Of a DNA stretch of 64,000 bases, positions 11,201 to 26,793 are shown piece by piece (positions within the stretch are counted from its first letter, which is position 1; each line of letters starts with the position of its first letter). The notes beneath the pieces are model-generated. The model saw nothing but the letters and a program-made list of their open reading frames with translations, searched no databases and was not told the origin of the DNA. The DNA comes from the human T2T-CHM13v2.0 reference genome, Homo sapiens. Where the stretch lies: NCBI RefSeq assembly GCF_009914755.1, contig NC_060927.1; one strand, written 5' to 3'. The position numbers were made by a program, and so were the translations under genes.

Positions 11201-14200
11201 CTAAAACAAATCCATTTTCCTACAGGATTTGAGGTTGTGGGAAACCAAGGACCAAGCTGAATCTACCAAGGCTGACTCAATCATGAAAAAAAAAAAAATC
11301 ATACAAGACCAAAATTGTCTCTTAAATGAGAATCGTTTATTTTTGTTTTGTTTTGCTTTTTCCCCCCTCTGAGTGGCCATGGTGAAAAATAAAAAGACGC
11401 TATGACTGTGGTGGTTCCATTAGTAGGTTTCACTCTTAAAAAGGCTCATCATTTCTCTAGCCATCTCTCCTCCTGCAAATCACAAAAGCCACAAGGAATT
11501 CCAGAATCACACATGTCTATAAACAGAAAGATCATGGATTGGTTAAGAGTATGAATACAACAGCCAGACTATCTGGATTTAAATACTGACTCTGCCCTTT
11601 ACAAGCAGTGTGACTTTGGACAAATTACTTAACCTCTCTGTGCCTCAGTGTCCTTCTCTGTAACACAGGTAATCTATGCACCACCTCATTTCTTAGTGTG
11701 AGAAATAAATTAATTCATATAGTATGCTTTCTCTCACAAAATAAGCACTAGATAATAATAACAATTGTTATTATGTATCGTTTAAAAAAATCAATCAGAA
11801 CATTCATTTATTGAAAGCCTGTGACTGGAATGGACAACAAAAAAGAGGTGTAAAATGCAGTTTATACCCTCAGGTAATTTACAATCTAGTTAAGGAGCTG
11901 GCTGTCCAATTAAACTGTCTGACTCAGTGTTCTCTGTCTGATCAGATTAGGGTAACTTGAATGGTTACCCTGCAAAGGAGGCTTTAAAGTTAAGGGAAGG
12001 ATACACGGAGGGTTCCCCAGGATGTGAGTGCCAAGGGTGTCTTAGATGCAATAGCAGGTGGCTGATCAAGACAGCCAGAAAACTTTCTTTAGTTATTTAC
12101 TCTGTCCTGTCCCATCCCAAATTCAGCTGTCAGACTGTCATCTCCAGACATCCAGAGCCTTTGGGAAAAACTCAGCCCTCTGTGACAGAAACATGTTGTT
12201 AACTTTTTTCTGCTCTCCTCATTTCCTCATCACTTGCCCTCCTAACCCAGTCATTTTGTTCCTAGCTTGAGAGTGGGAATGTTACAAAATGCTTTCCTTT
12301 GAACAAATCCTTATACATGTTTTATAATTCCTTCCCCCAGCTATTGGAATAATAGCTTCATCATCCCTCCAAACACATACATCACCCACACATGCAACAC
12401 ACATGTACCACCCATTACCCAACACACACACATGCACAGATACTTAGCTATGACGTTAGCCTCAGCCTCAACCTCCACTGGGCCCAAATCTCAATACATG
12501 CTATCGTTCACCAGTCATAAATATCTTGCAAAACATGCCCACTGACACTTCAGACCCTTGGAGCGTGCTGCTTGCACCTGCAAGCTCCTCTCTCAGACAT
12601 GTTTCTGAAGCTGAGGAGTTGGTTTCTAACACGTGATCTGACCTGACCTCCACTAGATTGACAGGTAGCTTCTACATCTCTCTCCTGCCTCTAGGAACTT
12701 AGGAGCACAGGCACACTAAAGGTAATGCTAGTGAAATGCTTTAGCGTCCTGCAACTTTGCCTCTGGGAAAATCGCAAACCACTTTGCCAATGCTGACTAA
12801 CCCCAATTAGAGTTTCAAACCAGGCCTGCAGAGGAGGGATTATTTGTAGACATTGTAATAGGTGGGTGTGTTTGTGTGTGTGAAAAGAATTTGAACACGC
12901 ATCAAGAACCAAATTTAGGTGGAGGAGATCTGTGACTAAATTTATTTTAGTATTTACATTTGTGGTTAAGCAGGAGTCCTTCCACCTTCTCTCTTGTGTT
13001 GTTAAACATCGATAGGAATTTGGATTATATTACTGAACACTGTGAGGATCAAAGTACATGGGAGGATTATATTAGTAGGTCTCTAGGTAACTTCAAGATA
13101 AAAGAGGTTGAGCTACAGAGGTCTGCATTGCTCTAAGGGGCATGCCTAGGTTATATCATCTATGAAACACAGGCAGTCTTTTGTGGATTCATTGTCTACT
13201 AAGCAGCTAAAATTTTCTAAGAAAATAACAGGTTGGGGTTTTTTTGTTAATGTCCAATTACTCTAGAACTGTCAGCTGTAAAGTATCATTTCTTCTTAGA
13301 GAATGTTCTATCAGTATTTTTATTTCTGTTCAGACCTGACAAGATGAAAATAAAGGAAAAAATAGTACACATTTGTGCGCTATAATGCAAATGTCTTGGA
13401 GTGTGGCAGCAGTCTGCAGTAGTGGTGGAACTGAAAAATGCCTAGGCCCTGTCAGACTGAGATGAATATTTTATGAACATGTATGATTTGGAGGCTTATA
13501 TATTAAAAGCATTATTTTTAAAGTGCGATTGAAACCAGATACACCCCTCCCCAAATAAATGCCAAACAGAGAAAGGTGAAAACAGCATTCTCGTCCACCC
13601 TCCCCAGGTTCGAGTTTAGGTGATCATCTTGGCAGTAGGTGTCCATATGGATCCTCACAAGAATTATATGAGTGTGTTGTGTTAATTTGGCTAAAAATAT
13701 ATGTCAGTGCCTGCATACTCCTTTTGCTTCTTTTGGTTCTCATTGCCTATATTTAAAAAATTGTATTCATTTAAAGGAAAATCATTAACTCAAAAGGTAG
13801 TTACTGAATGCCCTTTTGTGCCAGGTACTGTGTTAAATCGGGTGATCACACAGATTTGTAAGATTCTTCTCCCTGCTCTTCCTGAAAATATGACCTTAGA
13901 AGAAAGCCAAAATTCAAACATGATAGAGAAAATGTATGGGGTCTGTAACACTCAGAAAACCAATACCCAATTCTGTTACTGGTAGTAGGAGGAAAGCTTG
14001 GTAGGTTGGACTTCCAAGAGCACCCTTGGGTTGAAATATAAATAGCGAGGAGTAGAAAGCCAGGTGTCCCAGTGCAGAGGGACTGAGGAGTCAGACAGCA
14101 TGGTGACCTTGGGCAAAGCCAAGCAGTCTGGTGTGGTTAGAGCATGGATTTTATTTAAAGAAAGGAATAGATATGAGGCTGGGAAAGTAGGCAAGAACTA

Positions 14201-14877
14201 GATCCTAATGAGCCTTATATGCCCATGCCAAGATTGAATGTCATCCTGATGGCAAAAAGCAGCCATTCAAAGAGTTGGTCAGAAATGGGTGGAAAGTCCC
14301 CCCTAAAATAACTGCATAAGAGTGAAGTGAAACAAAATGACCCAGCAGTTATTAGGGATACTGTGGGTTAAGATGAGAAACTCATTGTTTCTTTCACTCT
14401 ATTCAACACTTGTATAATTTTCTTCCATATACTGGGCTCTCTCCTAGGCACTGGTGATTCAGTGATGATCAATACAGACATGGTCCTTGCCTTCAAAGAG
14501 CTGACAGTATAGTTGGAGAAATGGTCATTTAATCAAGCAGTTATAACACAATATGCTATGTAGGATGACTGGAGAGGTATACATTACTGCTGGAAGAAGC
14601 ATATAGCAAGGGCATCTTAACAAGACTAGGGAGGCCTCCTGGAGGAAGTTATGAATAAACTAAACCCTGAAAAATACACAGAAATTAGCCCTCAGGATAA
14701 GATAAACACAGTAAGGATGCTCTAGAGGGGGAAATAAAATGAGTGAGGATCTTGAAGAGAGGGAATGGCCCATTTAACAAACCAAAATAGTTTATTATGG
14801 TTGTACTGTGGGTTGCAAGGAGGAGACTGTCAGGGAGTAAAGTGGCAACATACTTAGAGGTCTTAAAAGCCATGTTA

Positions 14878-15175
<298 letters not shown>

Positions 15176-15190
15176 GGCATGTTAAAGTTA

Positions 15191-15505
<315 letters not shown>

Positions 15506-18494
15506 CTAACTTTACCTGAACAGGAGTGGGAAGGGTTTTAAGCATGCAAATCACAAGGTCAACTTTGTGTTTTGGAAAGATCACTCTCGCTGCAGCACAA
15601 AGTATATGGGAACTAGGAAGTACTGTAACCAAGGGGACCAATTAGGTTGCTGATGAGGTCATCCAAGTGGGAGGCGACCCTGACCTGAGGAGGAGGGTGA
15701 CAGCATGGACAAAGAAAAAGAGAAAGTGTCAGCAGGACTTGGCGATTAATTGGAGGGCAAAAGAGAAGGTGCAAGGGGCTTGGGTGAGAGAGAGGAAGTT
15801 AGTGGCATTCTCAGGAATATGGATAAAGGAGAAGGAGCAGGTTTAGAGGTGGTGGAAGGAAGCAGGTGCTTAGTCTGGGGCATGCTGAATTTGAGGCACC
15901 TGTGGGACATTTCAGAATTGGGAGAAGGGCACAGGTGGGACACAGTGGAGATGGTTTCAGAGCTAAATCTTCACATTTCACAATTTGCCCAACCTTCTAC
16001 CCTCACTAACAGCTACTATTATACCCAATATCAGAAGGTTTGAATTTAAAGCTGATATCCTCATTTTTAGATTATATATTTTAGATTTGAACTAAGATTG
16101 TACTTCTTTTAGAAAATTTGTTGAGTTTCTATTCCCAGAGAGGTGCCCCCTCGTGTTTGTCTAGTGTCCAGTGTTCTGCCTGTTCTGTATGAATTCTCTC
16201 TTGGCAGCTTGGGCATGAGTGTAGGAGTTAGCTTGTGTATACTATACCATAAACCAGCTGTGAAATGGAAACTTTTAGTTGCTTTACCACAATCATCAAA
16301 CACAATTTATTTCATACATGGACATCTCAGGTTGCACCAATAAGCTCAAAAAAAGCAGGAGAATTTTGCAGTAGAATAGTTCATTTAATGTAACTTTTTC
16401 TCCTACCCTAAACATTTTTCTGGTTTCTCCTAAAGCTTATTATTGTTCTTTCTTGTGTGTTTACAAAAAGGTTGTTAAAGCAAATATGGTTATCTCAGAG
16501 CTGAGAAGGCTTATTAGGGAATGACCAAGTGCCCCTTGCAAGGGGTTACTTCACAAAAAGATGACGCCATCTATTTGGAGACAGAGCAGGATGCATGGTA
16601 GCAGAATAGAAGAATTTCTTGTGAATGAATTATCTACAATGTCTTATTTGGAGTAGGGATTGGGGTCTATTGGACAATTGAAGAAGAGAAAATCTTTCAA
16701 AAGAGAATAGGTACCCCTCCCCATGTAGAGGGCTTTAAAATGCTCCCCCCCACAACATGGGATTGAAAACCCTTTGGCTCACATAAATCATAGGACGTTG
16801 GAGCTAACTTGGGGAATACCTTGGGCAATGGAATGCTCATTGTGCCTTGCAGAGCAGGGAAGGTTTAGTACCCTTTGGTGCCCCTCTGGCAATCTCAGGT
16901 TAAGGGGTGGAGACTGTTGGGGAGAAACTTCAACTAGAGAAGGTCTGGTTGCATTTGTTTCACACATAGATACTTCATTTGAAAGTATTGCAGGTCTAAA
17001 AAGTACCCTGTAAACCTCTGATTTACTTCAATTATCTCTGAGCTCATCCAGCCAGTTGCAGGGGTAGACCAAGACAGACTTTTTTAATTCCCAGGCTGTC
17101 TCTCCTCAGACAGTGAGATGCACCTTGGCTTCTCAGCACATAAAAAAGAATAAGTTGATCAACATCCTCTGCTTCCAAGTATTCTGCCTTAAACAGTTGC
17201 TTTATTGCATTGTGGATAATTATGAATTTAATAGGCGACTGATTAAAAATTAAATTGGCCACATGGCTCTCTCAGATTTTGCAGGCAGTTTGATGGTTAT
17301 TATGAATACTCTCCCACATGCCTCATGGAAAATAAACAAGTATGATATGTTGAGAAGAAGGTTTAAAGATGTTATCTTTGGTTCAAGGTACTACTAAGTG
17401 GCCCCCCTCATTTGGAATCTTGGACTCATAATGACTAATTTTGTATACCCTAAAGATGCCTCAGCCTTTCTCTACTTGTTAATATGGAGTCAAGCTCTCT
17501 ACAAATGTCACATTTTTCTCAAGGACCTAATTCAGAAGTGTGAGATTGGTGGCTCCAAAGAGATATTATTAGAATATAATTTATGCAGGCATAAGTTGCA
17601 GGAAATCTCTCTGGTACCTTTCTTTTAAAATTGTTCAATGTAATATTTTATTATAGTTGTTCCTTTAGTCATCCTTTCTGGTTAATTTTGTCCTCTATGT
17701 TTTCTGACACATTCCTCTTCATTGACCCAGATAACTCAAGCTAGAAGGAAAAAGGGAGATAAATGGAGCTAGGAAACAGGTGCAAGGGGTGAAAAGGAGC
17801 AGAGAGTGAACCCTACCTGTTTAATGTTGGATGGACCTAATAGAAGTTTGGGAAAGGATCAGGAGAGCTAGGCCCACCAGCCTTAGGCAACTCTCTGAGC
17901 ATCTGTTCATTCAAGTATCCATGCTTGTATTTATTCTGTATAGATGCATTTAGTACCTACTAAATTCCAGAAACTAAGTTTGGAGATATAAGCGTGAAGT
18001 TGACATGTTCCTGCCCTGAAAGACTTTCACTTAGGTGGCAGAGACAGATGTGGAGATAAATAGCACTCAATGTCCTAAGTTCATCAAATATCAACTCACT
18101 GCCATGGAATCACAGAGGAAAGAACAGGTCAGTCTCCTTGGTAGAGTCAGGTGAGCTCACAGACTAATGATGGTAATTAAAATGGAAAGGCAAGGGACAA
18201 TAAGATTGTCCCCAAGGACTCTAAGGGTTTTTTGTTTTCTTAGACAAGTCTTTTGCTATATTCAATGACCATAAGGCGTACTTATATGTATTAATAACTT
18301 TGTAAATTAATATATTCTTAACTCAGGCCTCAAATATTTTAACATGCACAATTATTATCTGTTCATATTAAATTTATTGTAATATTTGTATGGATTAAAT
18401 ACCTGAATTGGAATACAAGATGTTTTTCTATGAAAGCCACCCTAAATATCTTCAGCATTTAAGAACACATGTTCATCCCTCTGTTCTTTATGGG

Positions 18495-18801
18495 TTTTTT
18501 CTTTCTTTCTTTCTTTTTTTTTTTTTTGTTTTTGAGACAGGGTCTTGCTCTGTCACCCAAGCTGGAGTACAGTGACATGACCATGGCTCACTGAAGCCTC
18601 AACCTCCTGGCTCAAGCAGTTCTCCATCTCAGCCTCCTGAGTAGATGAGACTACAGGCACATGCCATCACACCTGGCTAATTTTTTTTTATTTCTAGTAG
18701 AGACCAGGTCAGGCTGGTCTCAAACTCCTGAGCTCAAGCGATCCTCTCGCAATGACCTCCCAAAGTGCTGGGATTACAGGCATGAGCCACTGTGCCCAGC
18801 C
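18495..18801 (-). mobile_element. Alu SINE (AluJ-type), antisense
   Basis: (T/CTTT) tail, gagacagggtcttgctctgtc..., AluJ-style 'ctcctgagctcaagcgatcc'. Confidence 0.9.
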
Positions 18802-19019
18802 TTTTCTTATATCTTTTATCCTCTCTCTCTCTTTGTTATTCACACAGGAGGCACTATGAAAAAGTAGTTCAGAGTGTAGGTTGTAGGCTCAAATCCTCGC
18901 TACTATTAATAGTTGCATGACCTTGAGTAAAAAGCTTTACCCCTCTGTCTGTTAGTTTTTTCATCTGTAAAATTGAGATAATTATAATATCCACTTCAAA
19001 AGTGCAAAGTTAGAGGAAG

Positions 19020-19595
19020 CACAAGCTGGAAGACTACCCTCACTCTGATACCAGTTACAGGTTTGGGAGCCTTAAGATCACCCTTGTTTGATAATTTGCT
19101 AGGAAGATTGACAGAACTCATTGAAAGTTGTTATACTCATAGTTACTGTTTATTGCTCTGAAAGGCTGCAGATCAAAATCAGCTAAAGGAAGAGGTGCAT
19201 GGAGCAAAGTTCAGGAAATTTCCAAATGTGGAGCTTCCAGTTGTCCTCTTCTCATGGACAGTGTTTCTTTCCTCGTATTGATGTGTGACAGTACCACACA
19301 AAGTACTGCTAACCAGGGAAGCTCACCTGAGCTTTGGTGTCCAGAATCTTTTCTGGTCTTCCACATGGCTGACCTAAGTATCCAGCCCCTTCAGAGGTTA
19401 AGCCCATGCCCATGTGACTCAAATCCTGCACCATAAATCACATCCTTATACTTTCCCTTATGGCCCAAAGCTGTCAGGTAAATAAAGATACTTTGATCAG
19501 GCAGGACATTCCAAGGGCTTAAGCAATTGCCTCCCAAGGACTGAGGGCGAAGACCATACCTCCTTTTGGGTAAGGTTTAAATTTTTTACTACACA
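19020..19595 (-). mobile_element. MER21-like LTR relic
   Basis: Ends ...gacattccaagggctt...gagggcgaagacc...gggtaagg...tttactacaca, matching a reverse-complemented MER21-family LTR start. Confidence 0.6.
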
Positions 19596-22500
19596 ACAAA
19601 GTTACTTAAGAATTAAATTTCAAAAAAGAATTAAACAAGATAAATGTAAATTAACTTTAAAAAAAGAATTAAATAAGATATACAATGTGATTAGAATATT
19701 GCCAATTATGAAATAAATATGTTATATATATATATAGCTATTATTATTAAACATCCTTTTGATTACTTAATATATACCTAATATCATAATAGCTACTGTG
19801 GGACATTTTTAAAAAATGAACAAGATGTAGTTTGTAGATCTTATAAGAGATATACAAGAGTTCAAATAAAGTAAATAAAAGCAGAATGAGGTGAGTACCA
19901 TGATAAAGAAACAAGCAAACTGTGCTGGGACCTGGAAAGGGAAAGGTTACTTCTAGTTGGTGGGTAAGGAACTGCTTCAGGAGAAGAGCACCTGTGAGCT
20001 GGACTGTGAGAGACAGGGAGGATTTCAACATGAAGAGGGAAGGACATTCCAGAGACAGGGAAGCAAATGCCCAAAATTAGAGATGAGAAAACAAGGGCAC
20101 CTTCAGGAAACAGAGAAGGGCTGCCATGGTCACCTGTAGAAGTGACAGGAGAAGGAAATGGGAAAGTTAGGGAAAGACAGACAAGCCAGTTGGAGAGAGA
20201 TTTTCAGCACTGTGCTAAGCACTTTATGCTTTGTGTTGTAGACCATAGGGAGCCAGTGACAATTTTGGGCTTGAAGAAAACTGTGAAAGAAAGTGTTCTA
20301 TCCCTGTTATAATTCCAGTCTTTGAACACCCTCCCTTCCAATAACCCACCTTCGCTTTGCCTCGCCAATTACAGTTCAGTTCAGGTATGACCTCTGTGCA
20401 CATTTCCATTATAGGACATGATATACCCCATTGGGACTGTTTCTCTCTGCTGTATACAACTGTTTTGTCATTTCTGTATACTTGCTGTCTTGTTCAGAAT
20501 AAGCACCTTATGATAAAAGTGGAGGGAAAGAAGAAGGAGGGGAAAGATGGAATCTTGAAATATATCTACAAAGAATTTAAGCATAAAAAACAGATATTTA
20601 AAAATCTATATTTCTAGTTAAGGAGAAACTAGGACAGGCAGGAAGCAAGTAGTAACGCCTAAGGTAAGACAAAATCTTATAACTGCATTGCAGTCTTCTC
20701 AAGATGCCTCAAGGCTTTAAGAGTAAGAACAAGTATAATAATAATAAAAGAAGCAGAAGAAAGATAGCTTGCTCATTTAATATTTATATAGCACTTCCTA
20801 GGGGACCGATATTGCTGTTTGATTTATATAAAGCCAATTAATTATTATAATAAATTAATGATGTAGATACTCCTACTATCCCCATTTTACAGATGAAGAA
20901 ATTCAGTCACAGAGAGGTTAAGCAGATGGCCCCCCAAAATCCTGATAACAATACTAGAATTGTAAAAAATTAGGTCATGCCAAATTCATTTAATTGCATT
21001 TGAATAAAAGTCATTGATAGAGTTGGAGATTGACCCAGTGTTGGGTTGTAACTTTAGTTTCTTTTGTTGGTTGTAATAAAGGGTAATTTTCTTTTCATCT
21101 GAGGCCATTTGCTCCCATGTCGGGACTCTAATGCATGAGCACCCATGAGGATGGTGATGTTTGAAGGACTACATGCTGACCTGTTCTGGCTGAACAAGTT
21201 ACATTTTTTTTTTCAAGACCAGACATCTAGGAGGCTTTTTATTGACTCAGAACAAAAGCAGCCCAGTGGTTTAAGTGGTCTATGTAGTAATCACCCAGCA
21301 AGGCTCCGGCACAGAAAAAAATCTATCTGGCCTCTATTCTGCCTCTACACAGAAAGACCAGCATGAGGCTTTAGCAGGTGTGTAAGCTCTCAGAACACTG
21401 GTCTTCAAGGGTGGGGTGTGTTTTCATTCACTTTCCCCGTTGGGTGTAATGTACAAATTCCCTTTAAGCCCACCATTTCATGTAATTTAAACTGCTACTT
21501 ACTGGATTTTCTCTCCTCCCTTTTCCCTTTCCTCTGTCAGAACACCTAGCTTAGGCCTTTATTTACAGGAAAGAGAAAAAAACCTCTTCTTATCCTGGAG
21601 GGGAACTAGCTAAGAAGCTTCTCTGTATCTCATTCTCCAATTTATCAAATGAATCTTAAAATAACTCTGCCCTGTGAAAAATTCCAGCCAAACTAGGTAA
21701 CTTTAAATATGTTTTTTCAAAGTCCCAATGATAAATTCCATTAAAATGACCCACAAAATAATGAAACAACAGCCTTTAAAGTGAAGGGCACTGTCACATA
21801 AATGCTAAACAATAAGTGAACTATTAGCCAATGCATTTAATCACTGTAGGACACACCTAAGACCCAACAGGAATATGGGTCCTAGGAATCTGTGTGAGCA
21901 GAAAGAAGGTCTCCAGCAATTTGACGAAATTCTCAGCCAAAAAGCAATAAATACCACTTTAGGCTTGGAATGATTTGCTTTTTGCAAATATGATGAGTTA
22001 AATTTACAGGCATATTTTCTGTTTAAGTATGGTAAGTGTGAAAGAAAAATGTTATTTCTTTGCAATGATGAATAGTCCTTCATAAATATGGTCACAAATG
22101 CCTTTAGTAAGCTGTTAATAAGTGGAATTATCCAATTCTTAAGATAGAAGAGACCCTAAGTCGCATTTCACTCACTTTCCTAAGTTTGCAAATGAAGAAA
22201 CAGAATTCCAAGTACAAGTTTGGAAGCCCAGGTTCACAGAAGTAATCACAGCAGAACCAGCACTGGGATTCAGGCTCAGCTGTGGAATTACAGACTGTTT
22301 CTTCAACTGAGAGAAGGTTAGAGTGCCCTCCTGTGTCCCTATGTAGAAATTCTTTAGGTCTTTACAAAATTTAAAATAGCTTTAATCTCTTCATCAATTT
22401 TCCTGCACTGGCAGGGACCAGGCATTTAGGTCCAAAGACAAACTCTGCAATCACCATGTTATTGAAAGTAAATGAACAATGCACTTGACTTGTTTAATCA

Positions 22501-22860
22501 ATAAGGACATAGAACCAATACTATCATCCCCAGAGTATCTTTGTGTGCACTGAGGTCTGACAGACCTGGGTCTATGTCCCGGGCAGCCACATGCAATCTT
22601 TGCAACCCTGAACTAGTTGCAAAACCAGTCTGAGCCTCAGTTTCCTCATCTGTAAAATGCAGGTAATCACTGCCCTGCAGGATTGTAGCACAGGTCAAAT
22701 GAGATCATGTAAGTAAAATGCCCAGCCTGGCATTAGGTACATAATAAGCACTCAATAGATTGAAGTTGTTTCAGTTATTTTCAGGCAAGAGCCCCCACCA
22801 GGGTTATAAAAAAGTTAATGTTAAAAGAGCTGAGGTAAAAACACTGGGGAGATAAACTGA

Positions 22861-23170
<310 letters not shown>

Positions 23171-26093
23171 AGGATGCTTTTAGTTATTAGGTGAAAAGGT
23201 TTCCATGAGTTCCAGGGGCAGAGGAAAGGGGGAGAGAATTTTTAAAGAGATATGTACTGAATATGTGATTCCTGAAAAATGAATTTCTTCTTCAGATGGG
23301 GAAATTTAAATGAACCTAAGCCACATGGCTTGACCACAGATAGAAGCTCTCTCTCAAAGGTAACACCTGGCACTAAGGGTCCAGCAATATTTTTTTAAAA
23401 GCCTCTATATGAAAGAAAATATTTGAAAACCAGATTCTATTTATGTCATTGACCCAGTTTTAGAAGTCTTTATTTATTGAGAGGGTAACCAAATTAAAAT
23501 CAATTAACAACAGAGGTGAAAAACAATAGCTGGATGAATTCATCCTTTGATGTTAACTTCCTTCAACTCTTCATGAAACGAGCTATCTCAGCTAAAGTGT
23601 TCAGCAAAATTGCAGTAAATCAAGTCCTTTTGCCAGGTGAACTTTCAAAGGTTCCCTCCCCCTCTGACCTTAGGTAATTTTCAGTTATCCTTTCCCTACG
23701 TGTGGAAGGGAGATATCATTATTTATGATACAAGGAGACTTGACCTTTAAATGTCAGTGGAAGTGTAGAGTCTGGCCATTCTGTCTGTATCTTCCACCAG
23801 CTTATAGGAGAATTAAGGGAAATAGTTCAATAACGTGCAAATGGGAAAGAGGGAGGGGTAGAAGGAACACATCATCTATGCCACCATTTTTTGTTATATA
23901 ACCAGGGAAAAGCAAAGGGAGAATTGGGCTGGCCTCTGTTATCTAAATACTTATTCTAGATAAGACAATCACCAGGAGGTTTATATAGATTATTGTACTG
24001 CAAAAGCTCATAAAAGGCTGCTCAGAGTTTGTGAGGCTTACCCCTGAGCCCCAGGGGCTTGCTTACCCTTTCCAGTAATCTGTTACCTTTAAATAAGGCA
24101 AATGCAGCACAAGGCTGAGGCATTTATTATTTATAGAAAGTTCCTCATCAGACTCATCTGTGGCTACGGAGGAGCAGAGTCGGAACCTCTGAGCCTCCGC
24201 AGTGACGACCTGCTGCATTCTACACTAGTGCAGTGCTATTCTGAGCAACGTGAAGCTTAAGCTAGACTCTTTGTGGTTGTACATTTTTAGTCAACTAATG
24301 AAAAGATTTCCCTGCCTCATCCTTGCAAGTCACCTATTTGTGTGGATTATCTGAACACTACATTTTCTGGCTATTGTAGTTACTTCAATAGTATCTGTGA
24401 AATGCTGTATTCCTGGTGTTCATCTCATTTTCTACTTCATGCTTTTGTGACTTTATACATCATTCTCCTTCGAATGCCCCCAGATCGATATATCTTGCTT
24501 CTCGATGTTTATGTTGCTAGCGCTTTGGGTAGGGTTTTAATTCCAGTATACCAAGAAAAACATTTGTTCATAAAGGGGTCTTTTTTAAGATGTTCATCTC
24601 AATCAGAGAGAAAGCTTTCTCTTGTACTTTCCCACCTCCTTCACCCCTTTGTGTGGTATTATCCCACTCCCCAGCTAGGTCTACACCTGCTTGGGGACTG
24701 TGATCCAGGCACCAGGTGAGATGAAGCCAGGAGGCAAGGTCCACAGAGCAGAGCCCCTTGAGGGATGGGGCCTCAAAATGGCTAGACTGAGACACGTGTG
24801 CTTCAGACAGCTTAATAATAGGCTACCCCTTCAAGCTGTCGCTTTAAAAATATTTACACCTCATTTGGTAAAAGTTGTAGAAGTGAAAGTATACTGCAGC
24901 TTTGAAAATTTTCTATTAGGTTTGCCTCCTTTCCTGAGTCTTTCTTCTGAGCCCTGCAGCCCCCTCTGATCCCTCTCCTTTTCCCCTTTGATTCTCACCC
25001 TCCTCAGCCTTCACTCCCAGCTTCTCAACCTCTCTCTGTTTCCTCAGCAGATCCACTGAGGTCTTTCCAAGAGTCTATCTCTAAATTGGCATACCCCTAC
25101 CCACTGCTTAATACTGCTTCAAGTATGTCAAAAGCTATTAATGCCAGAGATGAATATTGCAGTTGGTGCTCAGCAAACAGAAGATACTCCAGCTACCAGT
25201 ATTCACTGTGCTTAGAGGAGAGTGGTGATTAAAAATGACTTTTTCTCTTATCGCATGTTCATTTTCAAGATAAAGAGTTTACTATGTGCATTGAAGAGAG
25301 CTTTTTTTTTTTTAACATCTTGCCCATTTCATAAGGAGTCACTGGTGAAAACCTGCAGCAACTGGCACCAAATTTGCAGTTTTTCCAAGCAATATCTTAA
25401 CATCCTTTGTAGACTAGTCCCTTTAGTCACTGCTCTGTGGCCATGCCCCTCAACATGGCTGTACCTGGAAGCTCATAGTCCTGGCAGAGCTGGCTGCTGT
25501 TGTGAGTCAGGAAGATGTTCCACAGGGAAGTGAGCTGGTGACAGCCTCCATGGGAAGTCAGAGCTGGACCCTAAGGGATCCGGAGTCCAGCTAGGCCGGT
25601 GCTCTCTGAAGGGCCAGAGAGGTGTTCTGGCATATCCTCATCACTGTCAAAGTCTGAGAGTGGACATTCATGCTGAAGGAGGAGCAGCTCCTAAATGGCT
25701 CTTCTTCCAGAAACTTGGCCTGCTGATTTTGCCTGTATTGCCTGTATGCATATTGAGACATATGTTGTCAGCCATTTGTAAAATGAAGTAGTGGTTTCTC
25801 TAAACCTCAGGAATATATTCAGAGTTTTTAATCAGGGTGAACTTGAGTGGGAATGTTTTGACTGCCTTCGTTTTAGTACATTTGAAAAAAATGTTGAATT
25901 TCTTAAAAATCATAAGTCATTAAAATCCAAGCACTTTTAGTGAGATAATGTGTTTGAGGGCCTAAATCTCATTTTTTTACCCATTTTCTAAAAAAAAAAA
26001 AAAAAAAAAAATCTTGTTGAAACATTTTTAATAGAAATTCTATGAAGATAGGGTCTTCTGGCTCTCCATAAATCAAATCATAAAATCTTCTTA

Positions 26094-26793
26094 CAGTAGT
26101 CTCTTTTTATCTGCAAGTGGTATGTTCCAAGGCTCCCAATGGCTGCTGAAACCATGGATAGAGCCAAACCCTATACATCCTGTAATTTTTCCTGTACATA
26201 CATGCCTATGATAAAGTTTAATTTATCAATTGGGCACAGTAAGAGATTAACAACAATAACTAGTAATACAATAGAACAATTATAACAATATGCCAGCATC
26301 ACTGCTGTCGCACTTTGGGGTCATTCTCAAGTAGAGTTAGGGTTCCTGGAAAACCAACACTGTGAAACTGCAACAGGCATGCTTGGCCATGCTTATGTCT
26401 CTAAGAACTCATCATTAGTATTTTCAGTTTGTAGAAAACATACAGAAAAACTTCTGAAAACATTACTGGTTCTGCTGTTTACATTAGGGAAAGATTATCT
26501 GTTGATGGTTATATTGGTGTTTGAGTGTTTTAATGATAACTGAGATGGCTAAGTGACTAATGGTTGGGGAACCTCTACCAAGTAGATATGCTAGACAAAG
26601 GGATGATTCACATCCTGGGCTGGAAGGCCTGTGGGATGGCAAAACACTTCATCACGCTCCTCAGAATGGGGCACAATTTAAAACTTATGAATTGTTTATT
26701 TTTTAAATTTTCCATTTAATAGTTTTGGACCACAGTTGACTGTGGCTAACTGAAACTGTGGAAATTGAAACTGCAAATAAGAAGGGACTACTA
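26094..26793. mobile_element. MER44-like (Tigger family) DNA transposon carrying an internal foreign insert
   Basis: Imperfect TIRs cagtagtctctttttatctgc / gcaaataagaagggactact; internal 'cctatgataaagtttaattt...ggcacagtaagagattaacaacaataac' typical of MER44. Confidence 0.75.

Noticed and set aside
16563-16578. Possible minus-strand CTCF motif (…AAATAGATGGCGTC)
   Set aside because: Two mismatches in the CCAS part of the core.
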